Shown here: one piece after another, positions 25,767 to 38,593 of the stretch
Numbering within the stretch: position 1 is the first letter of the stretch
Layout: each line of letters begins with the position of its first letter
Origin: Moniliella sp. 'wahieum'
Taxonomy: Eukaryota
DNA: 64,000 nt
NCBI GenBank assembly: GCA_003971905.1
Contig: RSEE01000011.1
Span: 372,001-436,000, forward strand
Direction: 5' to 3'
Translations under genes and position numbers: made by a program
Notes under the pieces: generated by a model
Told to the model about the DNA's origin: nothing
Database searches by the model: none
The model's input: only the letters and a program-made list of their open reading frames with translations

Positions 25767-28188
25767 TTACAGCTCGCTCAGTCCAACCAGGCCATTGGCA
25801 GCGACATAGGGAGGTGAGACATGGGGTGCTTCGAGGTTAGTTTTCCAGATGGCGGTCTGGTTCAACGATTCTGGGGCTTCAACCAGCACCACAGCCATGG
25901 CAGCAGCTATATACATAGCAGTCGAAGAACGTAGTTAGTATAGCAGTGCATGCGTATCTTGGCAGGGACTGGATTAAAGAGGAAGAGGGAGACGCACCTA
26001 GATGTTGGGCAATGTGGCAGTGGAGAAAGGTGACAGTTGGGCGACGAACCCAGTGACGGACAATGGCCCAGCCCAGAGAAGGCACATCCCATGAATCGGC
26101 AAGCTTCGGGTTGTTCATGTTGATCATCGAGCTATTGTGCGTGAGAATGTCTTCGACCGACGTGTAATTGAGTGTACCATTTCCGGCGCCCAAGAACCAA
26201 ACCGGATCGTTGTGCTTGTGGATCGGGTGGGAAGGATTGGGACCCAGGCGCATGGTGGCGTCCTGGAAGATAAAATCCACAATCGAGTCGTTCTTCATCT
26301 CGAGAAGGGTGTCGCTGGGTAGACCCTTGCCCAGGTTCGACGCTTTTTCAAAGAGAATGGGGTAGCCTTGGAAGTTAAGTGAGCTCAGCGTCTTATTCGC
26401 CCCCAGAAGTGACCATGTCACCGCATTAGTCATGTTGAGTACCAGACGAAACGTGTAATCAGCTTTACGCTGTGGCGGGGGGTCCGCTGAGAAAGGAGCC
26501 AGCGAGGTCTCGTTTTGGAGCGAAGCACCATTGATCAGGGAACCGTTGTAGGTAATCCATGTTGTGCCTGTAGAGGGCAAGTCGTTCGTCACGCTCCATC
26601 CCAGCGCCTTGCCCGCAGCAGTGCCGGGCTGAGGAAATCCGTTACTCCATTTGGCCTTTTGCAACGGAAGATCAGCCTTCTCGGATGGGGTGGGGATGTA
26701 TGGCTGCACCGATGGAACGGGGAAGCTAAGTACCTCGGGAAGGAGGGTATCTGCAGAGGCCACAGCGGATGGATACTGGGTAATAGTCGACACACCAGAC
26801 GGTTCGGGCGTCGCATCTTGCCGTTTGCTTGCAGACAACTTGCTCTTTGATGCCACCGCGGATGAGGGAGTGGAGCCAGAGCTGCTCTTCTTGTCCACAT
26901 CCAGCACGGCGTATCCGGTCAAAATTTGGGGCAAATTACCACATGCGGTCAGACGCATGCGGTATTTCCCAGAAGATGTGGAAGTGGGTACAATGACACT
27001 GTAGCGTGTTCCCAGTGTCAGCTGTACCACTTGCACTTTTTGCGGCTTGACAAATATACCATCACGAGCGACAACCCACAGGTCGTGTCCGTCAATGGAA
27101 AAGCACGACTGCCATTCTGCTCCGGCGTTAATGAGGTGGATAGCGGCCCAGTTACCGTCTGTGCTGCCGAAGGAAGAGGTCGGGTAGACCCCGAATGCAC
27201 TGGTTGTGTTCGTGCAAGTACGCGCATTGATGTTCTCAATGCGGTTCTCAAAACTAAGCAGGGGCGGAATACATCCAGTCGGGTCGATATAGTCCTGGAT
27301 ACCAAAACTGACTGGATTCACAGATTGCTCCTTCAGGTCGCCGGCTGAGAGGCAGACTACGCGGCCTTGGGAGTTGATGAGCATCGAATCGACGCAATAT
27401 GGGTCCTGACCGGTTCCACGGTAGCGAATCAGGGCAGTGTCAAACGTCTCGTGACGCCAATCGTGGAGCAAAAGAGGCACAGCTTGTTTGAATGCTTGCT
27501 CTATGCTGTTGTACGCAGACTTGTCAATGGAATTCCAAGGCCGGCCTGTATTGGATGCTGGGTGAATGATGATTGGTCCACGCAGGCCATCAACGTAACT
27601 GTGTATATCAAAGAGGGGAGTATAGCCGAGAGTCAGAAGAAAGGTTTCGGGCAAAAAAGAAGGGAGGAGGCACGTACGTGGCGCGAGTGTGTGAATGGTA
27701 AAAGAAGACGCGGACTGAGCGGCTTTCCACTCGTATGAGTAGTTCCCGTAAGGAAGGATGGGCCATTGCGTGACTCCAGGCACACCGTCCTGCTGGGGAT
27801 CAAGCTGGACAATTCCGTGGAAATGGATGCTGCTCTGGGTGTTGACATTGTTGAACACATGGATACGCACAGTGTCTCCCTCCGTCGCTTCGATTGTGGG
27901 GCCAGGGGTCTGCCCGTTGACGGCAAACGTTTGGCGCCAGTAGCCGTCGGGTGCGAGCCACTCTTGGGTAATCTCAAAATGGTACTCACGAACTGTGCTG
28001 ATTTGGCCACGAAGAGAGGGAGAGGCATCAGCAGGTGCACGTTCCAAGGCTGACGTTGAGTTATGGCGACCAAGTACGATGGGAAGGTTGGGACCAGGAT
28101 TGAGGTGTGAGGGGCGCCCTTCGATGAAGGTAGCCAAGGTCGCCGCAAGAAAGGTCGCACGAAGAGCCAGGGATAGAAGGCTCGGCAT
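25767..28188 (-). CDS. secreted multicopper oxidase (laccase-like)
   Basis: Signal peptide MPSLLSLALRATFLAATLATF; Cu motifs SIHFHG, FYHSH (across a frameshift), HPIHKH, FLHCHIAQHL|AAAM; QDGVPGVTQWPI; introns ~27599-27677 and 25907-25997. Stop position approximate. Confidence 0.95.
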
Positions 28189-29735
28189 CTCTGCGAGAGG
28201 AATGTAATAAGGACGCGGGGCTGGTGGGGCGGTTGGTGGAGGGAAGGACAGAAGAACATGTGAGCTATATATACGGCATGAAGGGCATTTATGAGAGACT
28301 GCGGCGTGATAGACGAGATGCCCTCTCCTCGGCTGTGATTGTATGCGGGCGGTGCATCGACGACCGGGAAACGACGCAGCGGGGTCGAGGCAGAGTGGGT
28401 GTCCGCATTTAGGCTTCATGTGGCCACACACATCATGCATCATGGGATCCGCTTGGGCGTTGAGCCTCAACGTTGAGTGTTGCATGTTGTGTTGTGTGTG
28501 TTGAACGTATGCATATGCTGAACGTCTGAACGATGTGTCCCTTTGAGAACGTTCAAGCTCTTGAAGAGCGCAATACGCACACGCGATAACCTCAGTATTC
28601 AAGTTCACTAATACTGTATGCATAGTATGTCGGCCCTCCATGTATTCGTATGGCTCAAGATGCGAGGTGGGAGAGAGGGCAGAGCGACCTACTAATTGTC
28701 CTTAGCTATACGCGCCTATTCATGCGCCTCATCTGCCCAGGGTGTGCACAGCTTAGAATCGCAGTCAGCGCAGATTTGCGTCTTGGGGACTCTCCACCAT
28801 ATCTCGCTCTGGGAGCGCTGAGGCGTTGAGAACGAGAGGGTCCGAAAAAACCAATGTCAAACATATATGCTGCCCCATACGGAGATGGAGGCAGGCATAA
28901 TGCGTCCTGCTGCTACACGCATGGAATTGCTGGCGCCGGTTGGTCCGTCTGTAGGAACGTTGTTGGCCCACCGCAAAAGCTCCTACACAGTGATACAAAG
29001 CATGGTGCCATGTGTAGCGTATGTGCAAAAGACTGTCTACTCGATATATATATAGCCGACGATGCAATTCATTAATTGCGGCCGCAGTAACCACGAGCAT
29101 GTAATAACCAGCAAAACCGACACTGTTATGCGTAACACATGGTAAAAAACCCACTTTTTGTAAAGTAAAAATCATCGGAGAGCTGCGGAGATCCGCCATC
29201 GCATGTACACGCAGGCCACACTACTCAGGAAGACCACAGTCATCTCGATGTGGCCCCGCGTCTGTCCCACTATATGCAGGTCCCCAGGAGATGAGATATG
29301 CATGCAATACTCATATGCCACCTTCCCACCGCCCATACGTGCTATTATATAAAAGAGTATATATATAAGCGAGATGATCGACGTCCTAGAATGCCGACAC
29401 CAACAACATCTTGAAGACTATGCGTACTTCCCTCTGCTTCCTGTACGTCCTAACAAAAGAGAGTTGTCCCCACAAATTGATCGTCACCGAGAAAGAAAGG
29501 AGGGCCACACATAACCATCGATTTGTCATCCAATTTCCAACCCGCACCAACGCCGAAAATACTGTTTGTGTAATAGCTGGGCTAAATCCCACTGGCCCGA
29601 AGAGGCAACAATTGTTAAGGAGATGAGAGGCGTCGGATAATCCTTTGAGGAGTGAGAAGCCACAAGCTTTAGCCATTGAATACCGTTGTGGCAAACAGAA
29701 CGAAGGAAAGACTGGAGGAGTTGAGATGTGATGCA

Positions 29736-30221
29736 TGATGAGACCTGGAGTCCTGATGCACTGATGGTCCTCGAGGGTAATGCAATCGCACTGGTAATGG
29801 CGGCAGTCTAAGTCAGCCAGCAACGCCTATACTTAGTAGTGCAGAGGAACATCAAACAGATACAGTCGCCACCAGGGGCTATAGTAGGCTGCGGAACAAA
29901 AGGAAAACACAGAAGCGAGAAAACAACGCGGAACTCCTATTACCCCTGGGGAGGGACTGAAGTGCCGTTGGCCAAAATTCACACGAGAGCCACGCGCGAT
30001 AGCTCAACATTGAGCGAGAAGACGAAAAGGCGAAGGAAGAGTACCAAGAACGGGGCCATCGATCCGTCTCGCTTGTTTATTATTCTGAATCTCGTGTCCA
30101 GCCCCCAAACTCCACCTAGACATAACCATACTAGAGTGCACCAATGGCACGATAGGCGACTGCCAGAGAGGTTCGACCAGAGGACAACAATAGAAAATGC
30201 ATTTGTTCGGGGTCTATCTCA
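29736..30221. mobile_element. solo-LTR-like dispersed repeat
   Basis: Starts TGATGAGACC, ends GGTCTATCTCA (TG..CA with imperfect terminal inverted repeat); first ~220 bp align with 55535-55750 (CTGATGGTCCTCGAGGG, AATCGCACTG, CAGTCGCCA, ACAGAAGCGAGAAAACAACG). No clean target duplication. Confidence 0.6.
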
Positions 30222-30856
30222 TTGAGTAAGTATCCCCGACACCCACGTCCGCAACGAACCTATGGTGGAGGAAGAGGATGGGACGAGGCGCGGACGGAAG
30301 GCACAGCGCACCGATTACCGCGTGATGGGGCCCGGAGCACTCGGAGGATCAGGAATGGAGGTAGACCACACGCTGCGCGACACGGGATCGCTGGAGGCGC
30401 AGAGCGCGTACCGGAGGGTGGTACATGAGAGCACCGCAACCCCCTTGGAACGCCGGGAGAAGGAGCTGCTTCGGCTGCTTGAACGAGCAGAATACGACAA
30501 GAACGCCAAGTACCAGGGACGCGCTCAAGATTCGTTTTTCCCCCTGGTTTTGACGACGCGAGGATACTACGGCACCAAGACAGCGGGCAAGTTGTTTGCG
30601 CATTGGAAGGAGTTGGCTACTAAGTCTCAGTGGAAATGGTTCCTCGCTCGGATGTCAACCACGTTCATCCGTGTCCACACGCGCTTCCTAGGGTACGGGA
30701 CGGGATGGCGAGAACCGGAGGGTCCTGATATCCTGGCGATCCCCCTGGTTCCTTGACCTTGGTGGCGCTTCCAAGTAACCCCCGCAAGATGAACTGTTAG
30801 GTTTAGACGTAGCGTTCCCCCTGTCCCAGCCTTATGCTCTGTCAATGAAATGGACG
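30222..30856 (+). mobile_element. 5'-truncated non-LTR retrotransposon, C-terminal restriction-like endonuclease (RLE) domain, CRE/Cnl1-like
   Basis: ORF 30262-30756 plus upstream codons: HVRNEP ... QRTDYRV ... EVDHT ... EYDKNAKY ... FFPLVLTTRG, matching the order EP / R.D / D.T / K..KY / F.P.V....G typical of RLE domains; partial second copy at 19974-20192. Confidence 0.75.
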
Positions 30857-31218
30857 TGTTGATCTAGAGATTTATATAAGACAACAGCATGTTGATATGC
30901 CCCATCGTCGGGTTCAGTCTGAGCCATTCTTCTACCGGTGCCAGCTCCCATGTCATCGTTTGGCTGATCTCGCACTCCCATTTCCAACTTCTTCTCGTCC
31001 CAAGAAGCGCTTAGCTCTTTCCCTGTGTTCTTCTGCTTCGCACCGTGTCCTCTGTTTTCTCGCTTCTTCCCCAAGAATGATTGTTACACATCCCTTGACC
31101 TACCGTATCGACTCTGGTCTCCCTCGCCTTTTAGCCCTGATTGCGACATACTAGACCCTCGGTTATCGGTACCGCGGCTACCACGGCTAGACCTTGTGTG
31201 CCTGAGAGGTCAATCACA
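30857..31218. mobile_element. second solo-LTR-like segment abutting the LINE fragment
   Basis: Begins TGTTGATCT exactly where homology between the two LINE copies stops, ends AGGTCAATCACA; contains TGTTTTCTCGCTTCT (~31053), the reverse complement of a 15-mer in the 29736 and 55535 repeats. Confidence 0.4.
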
Positions 31219-32639
31219 ACGGAAACAATCGTATGCACACAATGGGAGTGGAGTGAGACAGCGGTACTATTACGAATTGGAATCCGCGCCGGCTGTCGAA
31301 AACGCGGTAGACGTGCCAATGCCACTGGCCCGCCGCGTCATGACGTGCATCAGGCAGTAATGCAGCGAGGGCAGACTCTCAGGCAGCCAACTATCGGTCA
31401 TACATACTATGTGTCGTAAATCGTTCCCACATCCCTATATAATTAACGGTTCTCACGTTTGCCGCTTATCGATTCACGTTTTAAAGCGTGTAAAAAACGT
31501 TAACGTGTTTAGCCGACCCGAACGAGTCATTTTCGCACTAGACAACAGTCAACCCATGCACACGTACACCGCCGAGAGGATATAACTATGCAGACTACTA
31601 TTATATGTGGGCCACAGCAGTGGTGAGTACGGTGAGTGGCGATGAGTACTGTGGGTACTCAGACTGAGTTCTTACCAACTCCGACTGCTAGATATCCTAG
31701 AAAAATGTGGAGCTGACGCCAATGTGCTGGCTTTGCACTGGCCTTGAAGAGGATGTATAGTAGCACGAGGGGCAGCGGCTGCTGATGAGATTACATATAC
31801 CTCAGTGTACCCCTCCCCCCCCGTTGCCGTTTTGTGAGAGAGTATAGAAAGACTGTGTGTGGATGTGCAGCTGCCACATATCAAAGGGAGCTTCTTCCAT
31901 TCTTCGTCTTCTTGCATCATGTTGCATCATACTCTCTTGGGGCACTAGTCGTCGGCAGGGTGGTGCTCGCATGGCGGCGGCTGGTTAGCGCTTAGCCATG
32001 ACGCTGGGCGTGCCATGGTGCGTAAGCCCCATTAGTGGCGCCGTCACGCGCACCAACCTGTCGACTGCTCAGGCCGATGCTGGTCTCGATCGTCCGGCCC
32101 CACTGGAGAGACAAAATGGGTGGCGGGCACAGGCGCTGCGTGTTGGATGCATGTACGTAATCACAGCGGCGATTAATGACGTCGGTGGCAGGCGGGCAGT
32201 GTTGCGCACGTTGGGCCTGGGGCGGGGAAATATTGAGGGCGCCGCAGGGTCTGAGATGTGCCTGTTTCGATCGCCGCACTGTTCACGTTGGGCAGCGTTG
32301 CTTGCTGGCCTTGCGAGTCGGCCGACTGGAGCAGCCAGACGTTGCTTGTGGGCGCCGACACGCGCTCTACCGCCATCGCAACACCACAGCTCCACCTCTG
32401 TTCACCCCGTCCTTGGCGCTGCTGAGCGTCTGGCTCCCTGGCCTTGCTGCCCTCTGCTGTCTCGCCCCTCGCCCCTCGCCCCTCGCACCTCGCATCTGGC
32501 ATCTGGCATCTGTGCACCGCGCATCTGGCACCGGGCGTCTGTGCCATTAGGTGTCTGTTCACCGGCCTCTGTCCACTGGGCTTTGCCTTCTGGCCGCCGA
32601 CCTCTGGCTCGGGATTCCGCCTCTCCACCTCCATTCGCC

Positions 32640-34639
32640 ATGCACGGCTCAAGCGCCAGCGCCAGATCAAGCTCCAGTCCTAGTCCTGGAAACGCTGCTG
32701 GCGCCACCAGCCCCAATACACTGCCCCCCATTGCCGCGCTCTTCCCTCCCCCTACTACGCATCCGCCCCTTCTCGCTCGGTCCCCGTCCCCGTCGCCTAT
32801 GGCCAACTCCGTCCATCATGCGGAATCAAGTCCCCGTCGTACCATCTCACTCAATAACCCTTCCACCTCTAGCTCCGAGCGTGCTTCATTCAACTCATTT
32901 GGTTCTCTGAGTTCCTGGCCCTCTCGGCCCAGTAGCTTCTCGTCATCGGCGTCACTCCCTGTACGCCCCAAGCTTAGTTCGGTCCGAACATCGAGTCCAA
33001 ACGCGGCGAACTGGTCCAGTAATTCGTCTGAATTGCTGCAGCGTCCTGTATCTCGGAGCCATCTGGCTCCGCCTGTACCGGCTGATCAGCCTACGCCTGA
33101 ATCCCTTCTGCTTAAGGCTCCGGGATTATCCCCACATCAATCACTCACTGAATCCCCCCTTCCTGATGCACCAGCAACCACAACTTCTAGTTCGGGTAGG
33201 GGGGCTACTCCAACTCTTTCAGGCTCAAGCGAATCCGCTTCCACTTTTCCCCCGTCCACATACCGAACAAGAGATTTATTTTTGCGGCGCAGCCTCAGCG
33301 AAGGGAACTGAGCACCAGTGCGCCTCCGCCCTTAATGCCCAGAGGATATCATCCTTCTGGCATCACCTCAGCGCCGTCGAGCAGCCATGACCTCATTTCG
33401 CCCGAGGGAGGACTGTCTCAGCCTGTGTATCCCCCATCTGCAAGACCAAGGCTCTCTAACCCCACCCAGTACAGCCTCATTGGCCAGACGCAGAGTACAT
33501 CTCACCCACATCGTCCACCATGCCGGCCTTCCCAAGGATTGGGGGTGCCTCTATCTCGTTCTGCTGGATCAAATTTGGAGCCTGACTCAACAAGGGGAGG
33601 AGAGGAGAAGGCGGCGTTTGCCCCCCCTAGACGATCTTGTTCCCCCAAGACGCCCTATGACCTCGTTGCCATCTCAACATTCGGTCTCTTTGCCTAGCAT
33701 GATGGCCACACCAATCTCTCCCCCAACTCGCACATCTCCCTCGACACAAATTGCACCAGCGCCAACTGGTCTTCCCCTAAACGAAGAACCATTGCTGGGC
33801 CTGCAGCGTCTGACCCTCAGTCTTTATGGGTACGGGAACTCCCCACGATCTCCCCATCAAACCACGTATCCGTCCCAGTCATCCAGGGGTCTTCCAGGAC
33901 CTGACTTGAGGCCATCACCCTCCGGTCTCCACCTCTCTAAGAATTCTGGCACCGCGACTGCAAGTGGTGAGCCCGATATGCTTCAGCCCAGCCAGACTGT
34001 TATGCACACCTCTATTTCGGGTCCTTCGGGGGCTCAGATTCGGGTCGGGAAGAGGGGTATGAGCAGCCTCGGACTGGGCGAACAACGAAGCGAGCCAGGC
34101 GAGGTGGAGGGAGGAACATGCATTCTAGCTCCTCTGCTACCTCCCTTCCTACTGGGGGGAAGAAAAAGCTGGGCCGGCCCCGCAACCAGTCGCGGGACCG
34201 GCAGCTGACCATCTTGTCAGGTCAAGATGGGGGAGGGGCCGGTGGGACGCGCTCGTCCGTGAGAAAAACGTCGCCCTCTGCCCCAGGCTCGTCCCAAGCT
34301 GAGATGGGAGCCGATCCAGCTGCTTCGGGTGACGGGGACAAGGAAGCAACCCCAACACCTGCGACTAGTATCTGCACCTACCTCCACCCCCTGACGGGAG
34401 CTTACTGTGGCACACACTGCAATCGTCTCTATGACCTAGTCCGCCACCGTCAGATCCATGCCCGAGATGAGCTAAGGGCGATCGAGTCAGGAGCCCTCGC
34501 CCCCGAGCAAGCGCTCATCTGGGGCAAAGAGGTAGATCCGGCCTCTTCGAGTATCAACAAGGTATGGATGTGCGACTGTGGTAGCGTCTTCTCCCGCAAA
34601 GATGCTCTGCTGCGCCACAAACGGCTTCGGGGTCACTGA
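32640..34639 (+). CDS. C2H2 zinc-finger transcription factor, Rpn4-like finger pair, frameshifted
   Basis: Long Ser/Pro-rich region, then CTYLHPLTGAYCGTHCNRLYDLVRHRQIH and CDCGSVFSRKDALLRHKRLRGH*; YDL.RH / FSR.DAL.RH resembles Rpn4-type fingers. Confidence 0.8.
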
Positions 34640-35798
34640 TCATCGATCAGTACTCAGTTCAGTACCACGCGCCACCTGGCTTTACCAAGTTTACTGGCGC
34701 TGTACCGGTCGTTTCTCTGTGGTACGCCCCATGCTTCCGCTTTTGGCTTATTTACTGGTGTTACCTAAACGCCCTCAATCCCTCGCCGCTTGTGCCCATT
34801 GTAGTCCCTGTTGTCGCGTCTTCTTTCCCGTTCTCGCATTTTGGTTTTTCTTTCTGTCACGGCGGCTGCACTCAAGCTCAAGGCGCTCAAGGCTCTTATC
34901 TATTTGCACAATGAAGCTCCCAACTGGAATACTCAGACTGTGGTATGTTTACCGGTGGGGTCTTTCCGGAATGATGTCTCCAAGCAAGGTTGCCGTCCTG
35001 AAGCTCTGAAGCTTGAAGCTGGCCTGATGGGTAGATGTGTTCCACGTTTACCGCGCCCAACCCGCTGTTCCTTCTAAGAACAGCCTCTAGACGTATCGGC
35101 GTGTTGTGCATGCATGGGGGATATCTGGCATGATGTATAACTCGCCTCATGATGCATGGGCACGGAGTATTAGAGCACAGGTCCAGGACGGCTGCTGTTA
35201 TTTAAGGGGTGTGTGGCACGCGCGCTGCCACAGCATGAAAAATGGCAAGATGAAAAGATTCCGTGAGGTTATGTGGCGTAGCTATGATGGTTTTAGACGC
35301 CATCCCTTTTAGTTTTGTTTGCCTCCTGTCCGTTTCATGGATGGCCGGCGGGGAGTGTTCCGACTGAGCGCAGAGAGGAAAGGGGCCGGAAGAGGGGTAG
35401 ACGCGGGTGGTGGAATGAGCTTCGGCGCTGCACCACCAAGTACTATCTGAAAGTACTGGAGACCGAGCGGATAGCCTCGGGACGCCGGCACGTGCTGGAT
35501 TGGAGACTGCCACTGCGAAACCAACTCTGCCAGCCTTGCCGCCAACCACTCCTTTCCATTCACAATTAAGCAGTCGGCGCGCGCTCGGACGTTTTAACGT
35601 TTAGTTCAACGTTCAACGTACGTTCAAGCTGAAAGCTCCAATACAAGCTTTCGCGGTTTGTCCTATTTCGAAATGTACGTGTGAATCTCTGCTTTTGCTT
35701 TCTCCCCACCACCACCCACCCACGCTCTTCAAGCCGCCCAGATCCCCACCATCGCCCCCCTCCAACTCTCACCCATCCACTGAATTGCGCTACTCTCA

Positions 35799-37442
35799 AT
35801 GTACCGTACCCGTCTCCCTCGCGGGGCCGTCCCGCAGGTTTGATCATGTATGTATTTGGCATCGCCTCGGATCTGGTATCAGGGCTTTGGCTGGACCCCT
35901 GTCTAGGTTCTGGGCTTGTACCATCAGACACCCTAAGTTTGGTATAGGGGTGCTGCCCTTGCCGGCTTGATGTACGCTGCTGACATATTTATTCTTGGTC
36001 TATTAGGTCACATTTACCATGAATAGCAGTGACAACACGGTGCCCGAAGCACGGCAGGCCCACCTCGATCGACTGCTGGCCAAGTATACTGATCTATTCA
36101 CCATCTCCCCCGCCCTGCAAGACATTACCCCAATTTTGTCGATGTCTTGCAGAACGGGCTGGACAAACACGAACAGACGGTTCGCATGTTTGCCACCTAC
36201 GTCTTTGGGTTCCCATCCGGGCAAGAAGAGGGCAAGTATCTTGCCCTGGACCTAGGTGGGACCAACCTGCGCGTCTGTCTTGTTGAACTTCACGGTAATC
36301 GCACCTTTCAAGTGACACAGTCCAAGTTCAAGCTCACCGAGGAGCAGAAGCATTGCGAAGGTTCTGAGCTGTTCGACTTTTGTGCCCAGTGCCTCGGTAC
36401 CTTTGTCGATGAGACCATCCCCCCAAGGCCGATGGTTCTTTAAACATCGAACACCGCATCCCTCTCGGATTTACTTTCTCCTACCCCATGGAGCAGGAGC
36501 GGATTGATCATGGCGAGTTGGTGCGCTGGACCAAAGGTTTGGCAATCCCAACACGGAGAACCAAGATGTGGCTGCTCTCTTCCGGGACTCACTTACCAAG
36601 TACAACATTCCTATCCGTCTCACATCGCTCATCAATGACACCACCGGTACGTTGATTGCATCTCATTATACCGACCCGGATGTGAAGATCGCCTGCATTT
36701 TTGGCACAGGGTGCAACGCGGCCTATATGGAGCACGTGCGGACATTCCCAAATTTACCAAGGACCACCCTGAAGTGAGTCTAGATGACGAGATGGCAATT
36801 AACTGTGAGTATGGTGCGTTTGACTCCTACCACCCCAAGTTCCTGCCACGGACCAAGTACGACGAAATGATCGACATGTCATCCAACAAGCCGACACAGC
36901 AAGTGTACGAGAAGATGATTGCCGGCTTTACCTCGGTGAAATCTTCCGTCTCTGCATGACCGAGATGGTCGATGAGGGATCCTTATTTGTCGGCCAGAAC
37001 ACTACAAATCGAGTCCCCATTTGTGTTTGATACTGCGTTCCTCTCCCTCATGGAGGCCGATCGAACATCCGAGTTGCTTACCATCACTGGCCTCTTTGTT
37101 CACTTTTTCGGGTTGGAGACCACCTTGGCTGAACGCCAGTTCCTCGCAACTTAGCCAAGCTAATTGGTACCGCTCCGCACGGCTGTCAGCATGCGGGATC
37201 GCGCCCTAGTAACCAAGATGGGATACATTGAGGAAGGGTGTGGGGTAGGAGCAGACGGAAGCCTGTTCACCAAGTACCCTGGCTTTCCCGAACGCATCTC
37301 TCAAGCTCTCGTTGATATCTTTGGTGAGCCAGGACGAAAGATCAAGCTGCACCAGGCAGAGGATGGCTCTGGTGTTGGCTCTGCCATCATTGCAGCCATG
37401 ACCAAGAGCCGCAAGGACCAGGGCAAGTACGAACAGCTGTAA
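35799..37442 (+). CDS. HXK: hexokinase, frameshifted
   Basis: YLALDLGGTNLRVCLV, PLGFTFSYP, LINDTTGTLIA, CIFGTGCNAAY, AINCEYGAFD, VGADGSLF, AEDGSGVGSAIIAA. Short exon 1 joins via intron 35848-36006 in frame with M at 36019. Confidence 0.96.
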
Positions 37443-38494
37443 GACGGCCTTGGACGATAATTGCTTTCTGCCTTGTCTCTCTACCCTGGCTCCTCCTCAC
37501 CCTCCTTTTCCTCCATCTCTCTTTTTCACTCATTGATTCTGATCCTTTCTTGTCCGCACCCGCAAACTTATACCGCTACCATTTACGATTCCCCGCGTCC
37601 CATTGGACCCCCTTGTGGGTTGTGGCCTTCAAAGTGGGCCCCCTCGCGCATCTCTCACCCTCTCTCTTCCACATCCAGTGTGAGAGTTGTTTTCACGACG
37701 ATTTTCCATCCCTTTGGTGTTTTGGTTACATGATCGAGGTTGTTGCCCCACCTACCTGTTGTCGAGATCACAATTTCCTTCGTTCGGCTCAACTTCAAGA
37801 CAACGTGATGATACTTTCGCTACGTTTATTCCACACTTTCGTACCTCTCTGCCCGACCGATCGGCCGATCATGTGCAGATACATAGGCAGTAACTGACGG
37901 GTACGTCGTCGGGGACCTGAGCGGCCACTTGCACGCACTACCAAAATCCTGAGAGTAGTAATATAAACGCTTTATCCCCGATGTCGGACCACACAACAGT
38001 CAATGACAGACGATGCCGGCGGCATCGGGGGCAACCGGCATGAGAGCCAAAGAGTCTGGAGCCACCGCCAAATTCTCAGCATTAAGTTTGCCCCTCTCCC
38101 CTGTGGGGATTGAGATCAGGGAGCGATAGGCGCCACGAAACCAGCCCAAAATTCGAGGGGAGGCTCATAACAGTGTGCTCAGAAGTTTGCGGGGGCGGCC
38201 ACGGCGAGCGTTATAGGACAACATGCCTGAGAAGGAAATTTGTATCACACTCCTACGTGTAATGATATACCTATCCGGGCGTGCGAGGACAATGCAAGGC
38301 TCTTCTGCGATGGCCAATGGACGAAGGTGCAGAAATGGCGGTGGCACTATATCGGACTCAGATCGGTGGTCTGGCGGTCGACTAGTGGGCAAAAATCATT
38401 TTGGGAGTTGGTTGGGTGTTGATGCTTCGGTGATCGGTTCAATTAGGAAATTAACTAACTTGTGTGGAGTTATGACAGCAACTCCTAATGTAGT

Positions 38495-38593
38495 GCTCTG
38501 ATCTTCCAGTGGTTAGGAAGTAGGATTTTGAATTCCCCCTGTTAAAGGTAGAAGAAACTTCCTGAAACCTGGGTTCGAATCCCAGTCGGAGCT
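38495..38593 (+). tRNA. tRNA-Gln(TTG) with 27-nt intron (38532-38558)
   Basis: Acceptor GCTCTGA/TCGGAGC+T, D-stem TTCC/GGAA, anticodon stem TAGGA/TCCTG with TT-TTG-A, T-arm CTGGG-TTCGAAT-CCCAG, T8 terminator at 38597-38604. Confidence 0.88.

Noticed and set aside
25879..28641. 920-aa oxidase ORF
   Set aside because: Includes ~150 upstream non-coding codons and reads through introns; the signal peptide starts at 28188.
35846..36022. Splice-created uORF (ATG TCA CAT TTA CCA TGA) overlapping the hexokinase ATG at 36019
   Set aside because: The upstream exon reads ...RRFDH|VTFTM in frame with hexokinase from an ATG at 35799 given one indel, a simpler explanation.
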